From the human T2T-CHM13v2.0 reference genome, Homo sapiens, in the NCBI RefSeq assembly GCF_009914755.1, contig NC_060929.1: 64,000 bases of DNA. One strand, written 5' to 3'. Shown here in pieces: positions 54,001 through 64,000 of the stretch; position 1 is the stretch's first letter; each line of letters opens with the position of its first letter. Both the position numbers and the translations under genes were made by a program. The notes below the pieces were generated by a model. That model was not told where the DNA came from, searched no databases, and saw nothing but the letters and a program-made list of their open reading frames with translations.

Positions 54001-56633
54001 TATTTTTTTCATCTTTTCAAAAAACCAGCTCCTGGATTCATTGATTTTTTTGAAGGGTTTTCCCTTTCTCTATCTCCTTCAGTTCTGCTCTCATCTTAGT
54101 TATTTCTTGTCTTCTGCTAGCTTTTGAATTTATTTGTTCTTACTTCTCTAGTTCTTTTAATTGTGATGTTAGGGTGTCGATTTTAGATCTTTCCTGCTTT
54201 CTCTTGTGGGCATTTAGTGCTACAAATTTCCCTCTACACACTACTTTAGCTGTGTCTGAGAGATTCTCGTATGTTGTATCTTTGTTATCATTGGTTTCAA
54301 AGAACATCTTTATTTCTGCCTTCATTTGTTTATTTACCCGGTAGTCATTCAGGAGCAGGTTGTTCAGTTTCCATGTAGTTGTGCGGTTTTGAGTGAGTTT
54401 CTTAATCCTGAGTTCTAATTTGATTGCACTGTGGTCTGACAGACTGTTTGTTTTAATTTCCATTCTTTCGCATTTGCTGAGGAGTGTTTTACTTCCAATT
54501 ATGTGGTTAATTTTAGAATAAGTGCTATGTGGTGCTGAGAAGAATGTGCAATCTGTTGATCTGGGGTGGAGAGTTCTGTAGATGTCTATTAGGTCCCTTG
54601 GTCCAGAGCTGAGTTCAAGTCCTGGATATCCTTGTTAATTCTATGTCTCATTGATCTGTCTAATAATAATGATTGTGTGTCTTGGGGTTGCTCTTCTCTA
54701 GGAGTATTTTTGTGGTGTTCTCTGTATTTCCTGAATTTGAGTGTTAGCCTGCCTTGCTAGGTTGGGGTAGTTCTCCTGGATAATATCCTGAAGAGTGTTT
54801 TCCAACTTGGTTCCATTCTCCCCGTCACTTTCAGGTACACCAATCAAACATAGATTTGGTCTTTTCACATAGTCCTGTACTTCTTGGATACTTTATTCAT
54901 TTCTTTCCACTCTTTTTTTCTCTAATCTTGTTTTCTCACTTTATTTCATTCAGTTGATCTTCAATCTTTGATATCCTTTCTTCCAGTTGATTGATTCGGC
55001 TATTGATATTTGTGTATGAGTCACGAAATTCTCGTGCTGTTTTTCAGCTCCGTCAGGTCACTTGTGTTCTTCTCTAAACTGGTTATTCTAGTTAGCAATT
55101 TGTCTAACCTTTTTTCAAGGTTCTTAGCTTCCTTGCATTGTGTTGGGACATGGTCCTTTAGCTTGAAGGAGTTTATTATTACCCACTTTCTGAAGCCTAC
55201 TTCTGTCAATTCGTCACCCTCATTCTCCATCCAGTTTTGTTCCCTTGCTGGTGAGGTGTTGTGGTCCTTTGGAGAAGAGGCATTCTGGTTTTTTGAATTT
55301 TCAGCCTTTTTGCACTTGTTTCTCCCCATCTTTGTGGATTTATCTATCTTTTGCCTTTGAAGTTGGTGACCTTCAGTGGGGTCTCTGAGTGGACATCCTT
55401 TTTGTTGACGTTGAAACTATTCCTTTCTGTTTGTTAGTTTTCCTTCTGACAGGCCTTTCTGCTGCAGGTCTGCTGGAGTTTGCTGAAGGTCCACTCCAGA
55501 CCTTGTTTGCCTGGGTGTCACTGGTGGAGGCTGCAGACCAGCAAAGATTGCTGCCTGTTCCTTCGTCTGGAAGCTTTGTCCCAGAGGGTCTCTTGCCAGA
55601 TGCCAGCCAGAGCTCTCCTGTATGAGGTGTCTGTCAACCCCTGCTGGGAGGTGTCTCCCAGTCAGAAGGCACAGGGGTCAGGGACCCACCTGAGGAGGCA
55701 GTCTGTCTCTTATTAGAGCTCAAATGCTGTGTGGGTAGATCCACTGCTCTCTTCAGAGCTGCCAGGTAGGGACATTTAAGTCTGCTGAAGCTGCTCCCAC
55801 AACCACCCCTTCCCCTTGGTGCTCTGTCCCAGGGAGGTGGGGGTTATATCTATAAGGTGGGGCTGCTGCCTTTTTTTCAGAGATGCCCTTCCCAGAGAGG
55901 AGACAGTCTGGCCTCAGTGGCCTTGCTGAGCTGGGGTGGGCTCCGCCCAGTTCGAACTTCCTGGAGGCTTTGTTTACATTGTGAGGGTGAAACCGCCTAC
56001 TTAAGCCTCAGCAATGGCAGATGTCCCTTCCCCCACCAAGCTCCAGTGTCCCAGATCGAGCTCAGACTGCTACTGTGCTGGCAGCGAGAATTTCAAACCA
56101 GGGGATCTTAGTTTGCTGGGCTCCCTGGGGGTGGGACCAGCCGAGCCAGACTACTTGGCTCCCTGGCTTCAGCCCCCTTTTCAGGGGAGTGAAGGGTTCT
56201 GTCTAGCTGACGTTCCAGGCACCACTGTGGTATGAAAAAAAACTCCTGCGGCTAGCTTGGTGTCTGCCCAAAAGGCCACCCAGGCCACCCAGGGTCCTGG
56301 TGATGTAGGCACTGGAAAGAATCTCCTGGTCTACGGGTTGCAATGACTGTGGGGAAAGAGCAGTATCTGGGCTGGAGTGCACAGTGCAGTCCCTAATGGC
56401 TTCCCTTGGCTGGGAGAGGGAGTTCCCTGACCCCTTGTGCTTCCCGGGTGAGGCAACGCCCCACCCTGCTTTGGCTCACCCTCCTTGGGCTGCACCCACT
56501 GTTTAACCAGTCCCAGTGAGATGAACTGTGTACCTCAGTTGGAAATGCAGAAATCACCCGCCTTCTGCGTCGATCTTGCTGGGAGCTGCAGACCAGAGCT
56601 GTTCCTATTCAGCCATCTTGCCAGCAACCCTCT
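51059..56633 (-). mobile_element. Full-span decayed LINE-1 (L1PA7/PA8-like) with internal deletion
   Basis: The 5'UTR ends ...cagccatcttgccagc on +. ORF1 remnant at 55021-55329 and ORF2 remnants at 51307-54463. Poly-T tail and a 13-bp TSD ggga(a/g)tatgttct at 51046-51058 and 56634-56646. Confidence 0.95.
56014..56235 (+). CDS. L1 antisense ORF0-like reading frame (73 aa), translation unproven
   Basis: MADVPSPTKL..RSSSDCYCAGSEN..GSLGVGPAEP aligns by eye to the L1 ORF0p N-terminus (MAGAPPPASL..LISDCCASN..SVGVGPSEP). The ATG is in gcaATGG context, antisense in the 5'UTR. Confidence 0.45.
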   Translation: MADVPSPTKLQCPRSSSDCYCAGSENFKPGDLSLLGSLGVGPAEPDYLAPWLQPPFQGSEGFCLADVPGTTVV

Positions 56634-57740
56634 GGGAGTATGTTCTAAAACCCCAGTGGATGCCTGAAACCACAGATAGCACCAAAACCTATACATACTA
56701 TGTTTTTTTCCTATACATATAATAAGATCTAATTTATAAATTAGGCACAGTAAGAGATTAACAATAAAATGAAAACATTATAACACCATACTAATAAAAG
56801 TTATGTGAATGTGGTCTCTCTCTCTTTCTCTCAAAATAGCTTATTGTACTGTACTCACCCTTCTTCTTGTGATCTGTCAATCTGATAACCAAGGCAACTA
56901 CTAAGTGACAATTGAGTGGGTAGCATATACAGCATGGATACACTGGACAAAGGGATGATTTATGTTTTGGAGTGGGACAGCAAGAGATTTCATCCTGCTG
57001 CTCAGAATAGTGGCAATTTAAAACTTGTAAATTGTGTATTTCTGGAATTTTTCATTTAATATTTTCAATGGTTGATCATAGGTTGATTACTGAAATCACA
57101 GAAATCAAAACTGCAGATAAGGGAGAGCTATCATACAGAAAAATAGCAAAGATAGTACAGAGAGCTCCACATCCCCTAAACCCAGGTACCCATATTATCA
57201 ACATCTTATATTAGTATGGTACATTTATTATAACTAATAAACCACTTTTGATACATTACCTGAAGTCCATACCTCATTCACATTTCCTTAGTTTTTATCT
57301 AATGTCCCTTTTCTGTTCCAGGATCTTATATAGTACACCACATTACATTTAGTTGTCATGTCTCCTTAGTCACTTCTTGTTTTTAGGTTTCTCTGAATTT
57401 CCTCGTTTTGGGTATTCTTGAAATTTCTGAGTAGTACTGGTCAGGTATTTTGCAAAATGTTCCTCAGTTGGGATTTTTCTGATATTTCTTTCATGATTCG
57501 ACTGGTATTATGGGTTTGTGGGAGAAACACCACAGAGGCAAAATGCCATTCTCATCCCATCATATCAACAGTACAAACTATTAACATAACTTATCATTGC
57601 TGATGCTAACCTTTATCACTTGGCTAAGGTGATGTTTTTCAGGTTTCTTCATTATATAGTTATTCTTTTTCTCCTTTTCATACTGTACTTTTCCTAGGAA
57701 AGTCACTTTGCATTTTCCACATTTAAGAAATGAGGAGTTG

Positions 57741-58120
<380 letters not shown>

Positions 58121-58532
58121 TTATCTGTTCTGCCCCATTTATTGATTTATTCAACCATTTATTTCCATCAGTATGGACTCATGGATGTTCACGTTATGCT
58201 TCGGGTTATAATTTAATACCACTTTACTGTGCTGCTCAAATTTTTCCAGTTTGAACATTGGGAGCACTTTTCAGTTGGCTCCTGTGTCCGTTTGACATAG
58301 TCTTATTATTTTTTTTTCCTATTTTTTTGTTGGGTTTGACTTTGGTTCTGGCTTTTCTGTTGGTGGTAGCAGTGGTGGTTTTTGTTTGTTTTGTTTTGAG
58401 TACTTCTTGTACATTCTGGCACAAGATGTTCCATGCTCATCTTGTATATTTACTGCCCCAATTCTAGAATCGGCCATTTCTTCAAAGAGCCCTGGTTCAT
58501 TTGTTGACTAATGGTATTAGAAACCAAGATAT

Positions 58533-58621
58533 GGTGGAGGTTGCAGCGAGCTGAGATCGCACAACTGAACTCTAGCCAGGCAGAGCCAGACCCCATGCCT
58601 CCTACCCCCACAAAAAATAAA
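58533..58621 (+). mobile_element. Strongly 5'-truncated Alu (~90 bp)
   Basis: Right-arm end ggaggttgcagcgagctgagatcgcac plus A-tail. Perfect TSD agaaaccaagatat at 58519-58532 and 58622-58635. Confidence 0.85.
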
Positions 58622-59482
58622 AGAAACCAAGATATTGGTGCCAGGAATAATGCACTGTGTAGCTTTTTCAGATTGGCTTCTTTCACTTAGCGATATGCAA
58701 TTGGGATTCATCTAAGTCTTTGTGTGACTTCATAATTTATTCTTTTTCATTGCTGAGTAGAACTCCATTGCATGGATGTACCATAGTTTGTTTATTCATC
58801 CACCTATTGAAGAACATCTTGGTTACTCCCAGTTTTTGGTGATTATGAATAAAGCTGATATAAACACTTGTGTGTAGGGGTTTGTATTGACATAAGTTTT
58901 CAAAGGAGTTGAATAAATACCTTAGGAGTGTGGTTGCTGGATGGTATGGAAGAACGTTTCTTTTTTTTATTTCCAACTTTTAAGTTCAGAGGTACATGTG
59001 CAGGATGTGCAGGTTTGTTACATAGGTAAACATGTGCCATGGTGGTTTGCTACATAGATTATCCCATCACTCAGGTACTAAGTCCAGCATCCATTAGCTA
59101 TTCTTCCTAATGCTGTCCATCCTCCCATGCCCCACCCTCTAATAGGCCCCAGTGTGTGTTGTTTCTCCTGATGTGTCCATGTGTTCTCATCATTTAGCTC
59201 CTACTTATAAGTGAGAATATGTGGTATTTGGTTTTGGTTTTCTGTTCCTGCATTAGTTTGCAAAGGATAATAGCCGCCAGCCCCATCCATGTCCCTGCAA
59301 AGGTTATGATCTAATTCCTTTTTATGGCTGCATAATATTCCATGGTGTATATGTACCAGATTTTCTTTATCCAGCCTACCATTTATGGGTATTGAGGTTG
59401 ATACCATGTCTTTGCTATTGTGGATAGCGCTGCAATAAATATATGCAGGTATGTATCTTTATAATATTAATAGAATGATTTA

Positions 59483-59788
59483 GGCCCAGCATGGGGGCTC
59501 ATGCTTGTAATCTCAGCACTTTGGGAGGCCAACACAGGTGTTTTGCTTGAGCACAGGAGTTTGAGACCAGCCTGTGCAACATGACAAAATCCCATCTTTA
59601 CAAAAAAATACAAAAATTACCCAGATGTGGAGACACATGCCTATAGTCTCAGCTACTTGGGAGGCTGAGGTGGGAGGATTGCTTCAGCCTGGGAGACCGA
59701 GGTTGCAGCAAGCCAAAATCATGCCACTGCACTCAAGCCTCGGTGACAGAGCCAGACCCTTTCTCAAAATAATAATAATAATAATAAT
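59483..59788 (+). mobile_element. Alu (AluJ-like) with (AAT)n tail
   Basis: Diverged dimer. TSD aatagaa(tg/ca)attt at 59469-59481 and 59789-59801. Confidence 0.9.
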
Positions 59789-59802
59789 AATAGAACAATT
59801 TC

Positions 59803-60935
59803 TTTTTATTTATTTTTTTTTTTGCAGTTGCAAGATTTAATAGAGTGAAATAGAGTGAAAACAGAGCTCCCATACAAAGGCAGGGGACCCAAAGGGGGTT
59901 GCCATTGCCGGCTCGAATGCCTGGGTTTATATCCCGATCCTTGTCCCTCCCGCTGTGCTCCCAGGCAATAGATGATTGGCTACTTCTTTACCTCCTGTTT
60001 TTGCCTAATTAGCATTTTAGTGAGCTCTCTGATTGGTTGGGTGTGAGCTAAGTTGCAAGCCCCATGTTTAAAGGTGGATGTGGTCACCTTCCCAGCTAGG
60101 CTTAGGGACTGGGAAATCCAGCTAGTCCTGTCTCTCAGTCCCCCGTCTCAACAGGAAAACCCAAATGCTGTTGGGGAAGTTGGCCGATGACGGCTCTAAC
60201 TGCTTCCTGCTAAACTGGGGCATAGTAGGAGTTGTGCAGTTGAGATTTCCTTGGGAGGGGTGCCTTCGATGTCATTAACATCAGAGCATGGGCTAGCAGG
60301 CCGGTCCAGGAGTCCGTGGTGGATCTTAGTCATGGACTGCATCTGGGGCTCCATTTGAAGAACCATTTGTAGTTTTACAGTTTCAATTCATTTTGGAGGT
60401 CCCTTCATGGTTGCCAAAATGTTACCGGGGGGTCCTTGCTCACAGAGCTCCCAAGATGGTGGTGGGCCACTTCCAAGATGGTAACAAGCCTTGTGTTCTC
60501 TGACCTGGGGTTCTGGGCCTTACGGATTCCAAGGAATGGAATCTTGGGCCATGTGGTGAGTGTTATAGCTCTATTAGAAGCTGTGGGTCATGGAAGAGAA
60601 CCGTGGAACCCAGTGACTAGCGTTCAGCTCAATTAGGACAAACCCAGGCACTTAGCCGTGCCCGAACAATGGCAAGCCTTTAGCATGATCGGGAGTGGCA
60701 ATGGGAGTCTCGCTGGATCAGAGGCACAGAGGACACCCTGCCAGATCTGGAGGGATGGGAGTCAGGGGCGGGTCTGCGACAGCGGCAAACAGCAGTGGTG
60801 GACAGCGAGAGAAAAGCTCAGCTCGAGCCGTAACAAACATGGACGAGAAGAATGCAGTTGTAAAATTTAATAGAGTGAAATAGAGTGAAAACAGAGCTCC
60901 CATACAAAAGGAGGGGACCCAAAGGGGGTTGCCAT
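59803..60935 (-). pseudogene. HERV-W (HERV17/LTR17) processed pseudogene of a spliced subgenomic RNA
   Basis: Order on the minus strand: R-U5 (60935-60420), PBS TGGCAACCATGAAGGGAC (60416-60399), splice junction 60389/60388, env 3' end, PPT, U3 starting TGAGAGACAGGACTAGCTGGATTTCC (60137), TATAAA, R with ATTAAA, poly-A (59803-59823). R is present at both ends. TSD (at)aa(t/c)agaacaattt. Confidence 0.93.
60196..60366 (-). CDS. Open 56-aa HERV-W Env cytoplasmic-tail ORF (syncytin-1 C-terminus homologue), translation unproven
   Basis: My translation is MVLQMEPQMQSMTKIHHGLLDRPASPCSDVNDIEGTPPKEISTAQLLLCPSLAGSS*. The recalled syncytin-1 tail is QMEPKMQSKTKIYRRPLDRPASPRSDVNDIKGTPPEEISAAQPLLRPNSAGSS*. 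Confidence 0.5.
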   Translation of the reverse strand: MVLQMEPQMQSMTKIHHGLLDRPASPCSDVNDIEGTPPKEISTAQLLLCPSLAGSS

Positions 60936-62499
60936 AACAGAACAATTTTTATTCCTTTGGGTATATGCCCAGTAATGGGATTGCTGAGTTGAATGGTATT
61001 TCTGCCTCTAGGTCTTTGAGGAATCACCACATTGTCTTCCACAATGGTTGAACTAATTTACACTCCCATCAACAGTGTAGAAGCCTTCCTTTTTCTCCAC
61101 AACCTCACCAGCATCTGTTGTTTTTTGACTTTTTAATAATAGCCATTCTGACTGGTTTGAGATGGTATCTCATTGTGGTTTTGACTTGCATTTCCTAACA
61201 GTCAGTGATGTTGAGCTTTTTTTCATATGTGAAAAACTTTTCTTTATAAGACACTGCTAAATTGTCTTCCAAAGTGATTGTACCATTTTACGTTTCCACC
61301 AGGAACAAATGAGAGTTCTTTTTTCACATCCCTGCCAGCAATTGGTATTGTTGGGTTTTTGAATATTAGCCATTCCAATTGGTAATGTAGTGATGGCTCA
61401 TTGCTATATTATATATACACATATATGTATTTTATTTATAAATATATGATTCAGTGAATAAATGAATCATTACATGTAATAACATCATAGTACATTAACA
61501 GAGGCAGCCTTAGACTACTACTCTTTCCCAACTCCTGACTCCTCTAGAAAAGCTTATATGTTAAGGCAGTAGGACTCTGACCCAGAGTAACAGACAGCTT
61601 TTACACTGTCTAGATACATATAAGAACTGAAAATTCTTAATTTGTCCAAGAGCAACATAATAAGTCTGAATATTTAACTGTTATACATATATTATTTATA
61701 TTTACATACTATTTAAAACTATTAAAAGTCTGATCCAAAAATGAATGTCAAATGCCAAATAATAACAAATCCTATAATTAGACATTGGTATAAATAGGAA
61801 CCTAATAATAGCTGCTTAGAATCTATTTGTCTTCTTTATTATTAAAAATAGCATACACACTCCCCAGTTATCAAGTAATCAATCAAGGATTGGGTGCTAT
61901 GCTTTAAAGGATTACATGATGTTCCTTTTGGTTCATGATATGCAGGAGCTAAGAAGAACCAGGTTGTGTGGTATTTAGAGAAATAATGTGAGCAACCACC
62001 CAACTGAAAGTTAAAATAATTATTGACCTTTGATCTTACAGTTGCTGTATTATTTAGTTGGCATCACTTAAAACCAAAGTTATCAAACATATAAGAGTTA
62101 TCACCACATTCAAGAGCAAGCAAGATAATTTTCAAAGTTTAAACTGATTAACAATGTTGAAAACAATTCTTAAAAATGCTGATTGAAACATCAGTTTGTA
62201 CATTTACAAGTCCATTCTTCAATATCTATTTGGTAATCCCAATCAGTATGATTAAGATTTTAAATACTAAAATACTATTACTAAAATTATAAAAAGTTTT
62301 ATTGTAGCCATTTTAGACTTTCATATTCAGCAAATAGGATATCAGATTAGCTTTTTTTTTTTTTCAGGAGTGGGCAGGAGTAAAATTAAGATTTTAAAAT
62401 AAATATATTTTTATGTATGATTTCATGATGTTTGCTGGGTGGGGGGAGCTCCACTATTTTAACAGCCTATCATATACTTATCAGTAGCATCACTAATTT

Positions 62500-63830
62500 T
62501 AGCTGTTTCTCAGAAGCATCACAGTCATATAGGAAACTGCACATATTATAACTCCACAGCTTGAATTTTCACAAATGGAACACAACTCTGTAGCTAGCAC
62601 CTAGATTCAGAAGCAAGATAGTTTCAGCACCTCAGAAGCCCCCTTCAAGCTACTTTGCAATCATTACACCACCCAGATTTCCAACAGCATGTTTGTGTTT
62701 TAGTACTTTGCATAAATGGAATTGCAGTGTCTTTTGTTGCATGTTGTCTTAGTATCAATGTTTGTGAGATTCATCTACATTGTTGCATATAGACTATTTC
62801 TTCCCATTGCTATACACTACATCTACTATTTCATTGTGACTCTACCACAATTTATCCATTTTGATGGATATTGTGTATTTCATTGTGACTCTACCAGGAT
62901 TTATCTATTTTGATGTCACTCATTGTGAATGTACCACAATTTATCTATTCATTCTAATGTTGAAGGACATTTTAATATTTCCCCATTTGGGACTAAAGTG
63001 CTATTATCTATGGTGTAGTACATGTCATTTAATAACATGTATGGAATTTGGGGGGTAAATACTTACCAGTGAAATTGTCACAAGGAAACACGATCAGCCT
63101 TAGAAGAAAATGACTAAGTATTTCAGTTTAACATGTATAGCAATTAGGATACATAGCAATATATAGCAATTGCTTAGAATGTACAGCAATTTAAATCCTC
63201 ATTTACGTTGTGAAAGTTCTTCACATTCTTGCCAATGCTTGTTATTTTCCATCTTTTGTTTCTTATTTTACCAACAAGAATGAGGTTGAAGATATTTTCC
63301 ACCTTTTCAAACTTAGCCCTTTTGTTAGATGTATAGTAGTACCACACTGTACTTTAATTTTCCTGATAATTAATGAAGTCATGCATGTTTTCATGTTATT
63401 GACCACTCGGATATCCTCATTTGTGACATCCATTTTCTTTTTTTTTTTTTGGTGTCTTTTAAAAATATATAAATATAATTGATTGTAAGTATACTTTGTA
63501 GATTCTGGGTATGAGGTGTTTTGGAAAGTTTTTTAAAATCTCATTACAAGGTCTTATTTTACCCTCCTGATGGTATTTTTCTCTTGTGAACAGAGTTTTT
63601 TAATTTTAATATAGTCCATTTAACCAATTTTCTTTATTAGCAGGTTTTTTTTGGTCCAGTTTCCCCAGTTTTGCCTAGTCAAAAATCACATGTAGGTTAA
63701 ACCTGCAATCTGTCTGTAATTTTTTGTATGGTCTGAGAAAAGGGTCAACATACACTTTTATTCTGTATAGATATGCAACTGATTCATCATCATTAAATGA
63801 AAAGATCACTTCTTGTACTTATTTGCAGTA
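62500..63830 (-). mobile_element. Ancient L1ME-like fragments
   Basis: Contains ataaatggaattgcagt, atgtttgtgagattcatctacattgttgcatatag and cacattcttgccaatgcttg. Confidence 0.6.
62826..62950. repeat. Degenerate three-copy tandem repeat (~45-49 bp) within L1M
   Basis: tcattgtgactctaccacaatttatc occurs three times with variations. Confidence 0.75.
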
Positions 63831-63834
63831 TGAC

Positions 63835-63972
63835 TTGTAACAAAGGATAAATGCTTGAGGTGATGGGTACCCCATTTACTCTGATGTGATTATGCATTGC
63901 ATGCCTGTATCAAAATATCTCATGTATACACCTACTATGTAGCCACAAAAATTTAAAGTTTAAAAAAAATTA
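63835..63972 (+). mobile_element. L1MA-type 3' terminal fragment
   Basis: Contains ggataaatgcttgaggtgatgggtaccccattt...gcatgcctgtatcaaaatatctcatgta followed by an A-rich tail. Confidence 0.75.
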
Positions 63973-64000
63973 AAGTAGGTGTTTGTGTGTGTATGGGTCA

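Larger units (their letters stand above)
51024..57132 (+). mobile_element. Tigger3/MER7-like DNA transposon split by the L1 insertion
   Basis: The left piece cccttatccatagggaatatgttc (~51034-51057) continues after the L1 as aaccccagtggatgcctgaaaccacagatag... and ends at actgcagataagggagagcta (~57130). Confidence 0.7.
58958..61229 (-). mobile_element. L1PB/older-L1PA 3' fragment interrupted by an Alu and HERV-W, itself inside an older L1M (58650-58955 and 61245-61405)
   Basis: The L1 3'UTR/ORF2 end is continuous across the inserts (gtatctttataat...agaa..attt|ttattcctttgggtata). Approximate TSD gaa(g/a)aac(g/t)tttcttt. Confidence 0.85.

Noticed and set aside
59824-60935. Solo LTR or deleted provirus
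   Set aside because: The ends are R-bounded with poly-A and a 13-15 bp TSD rather than TG...CA with a short integrase TSD.

Overview
This is primate (very likely human or other catarrhine) genomic DNA, judged from its Alu J/S/Y, L1PA, MST-MaLR and HERV-W content. I can support no intact cellular protein-coding exon. The centre (~23.8-29.2 kb) is a patchy CpG-island promoter. It has CCAAT, octamer, GC-box and CTCF motifs and several minus-strand 5' splice sites, and a 108-nt non-coding minus-strand exon candidate lies at 19373-19480. This fits the 5' end of a minus-strand gene with alternative first exons; I cannot name the gene. The flanks are transposon-rich: two decayed near-full-length L1PA7/8-like elements in opposite orientation (2983-8922 +, 51059-56633 -), a complete MST MaLR provirus (13163-15703), solo LTRs, Tigger/MER DNA transposons and about 10 Alus. 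The most notable object is a ~1.1-kb HERV-W processed pseudogene (59803-60935, minus). It is an L1-mobilised copy of a spliced HERV-W RNA with the structure R-U5-PBS | env tail-PPT-U3-R-polyA and a TSD. It keeps an open 56-aa syncytin-like cytoplasmic-tail ORF and sits at the same target site as an Alu inside nested L1s. Other oddities are a 3'-inverted tail-less L1, an open ORF0 homologue, a probable short 3' transduction, and a templated AT-rich patchwork in the MaLR. All repeat subfamily names are recalled from consensus sequences, not computed. I found no evidence of a wholly new biological system.
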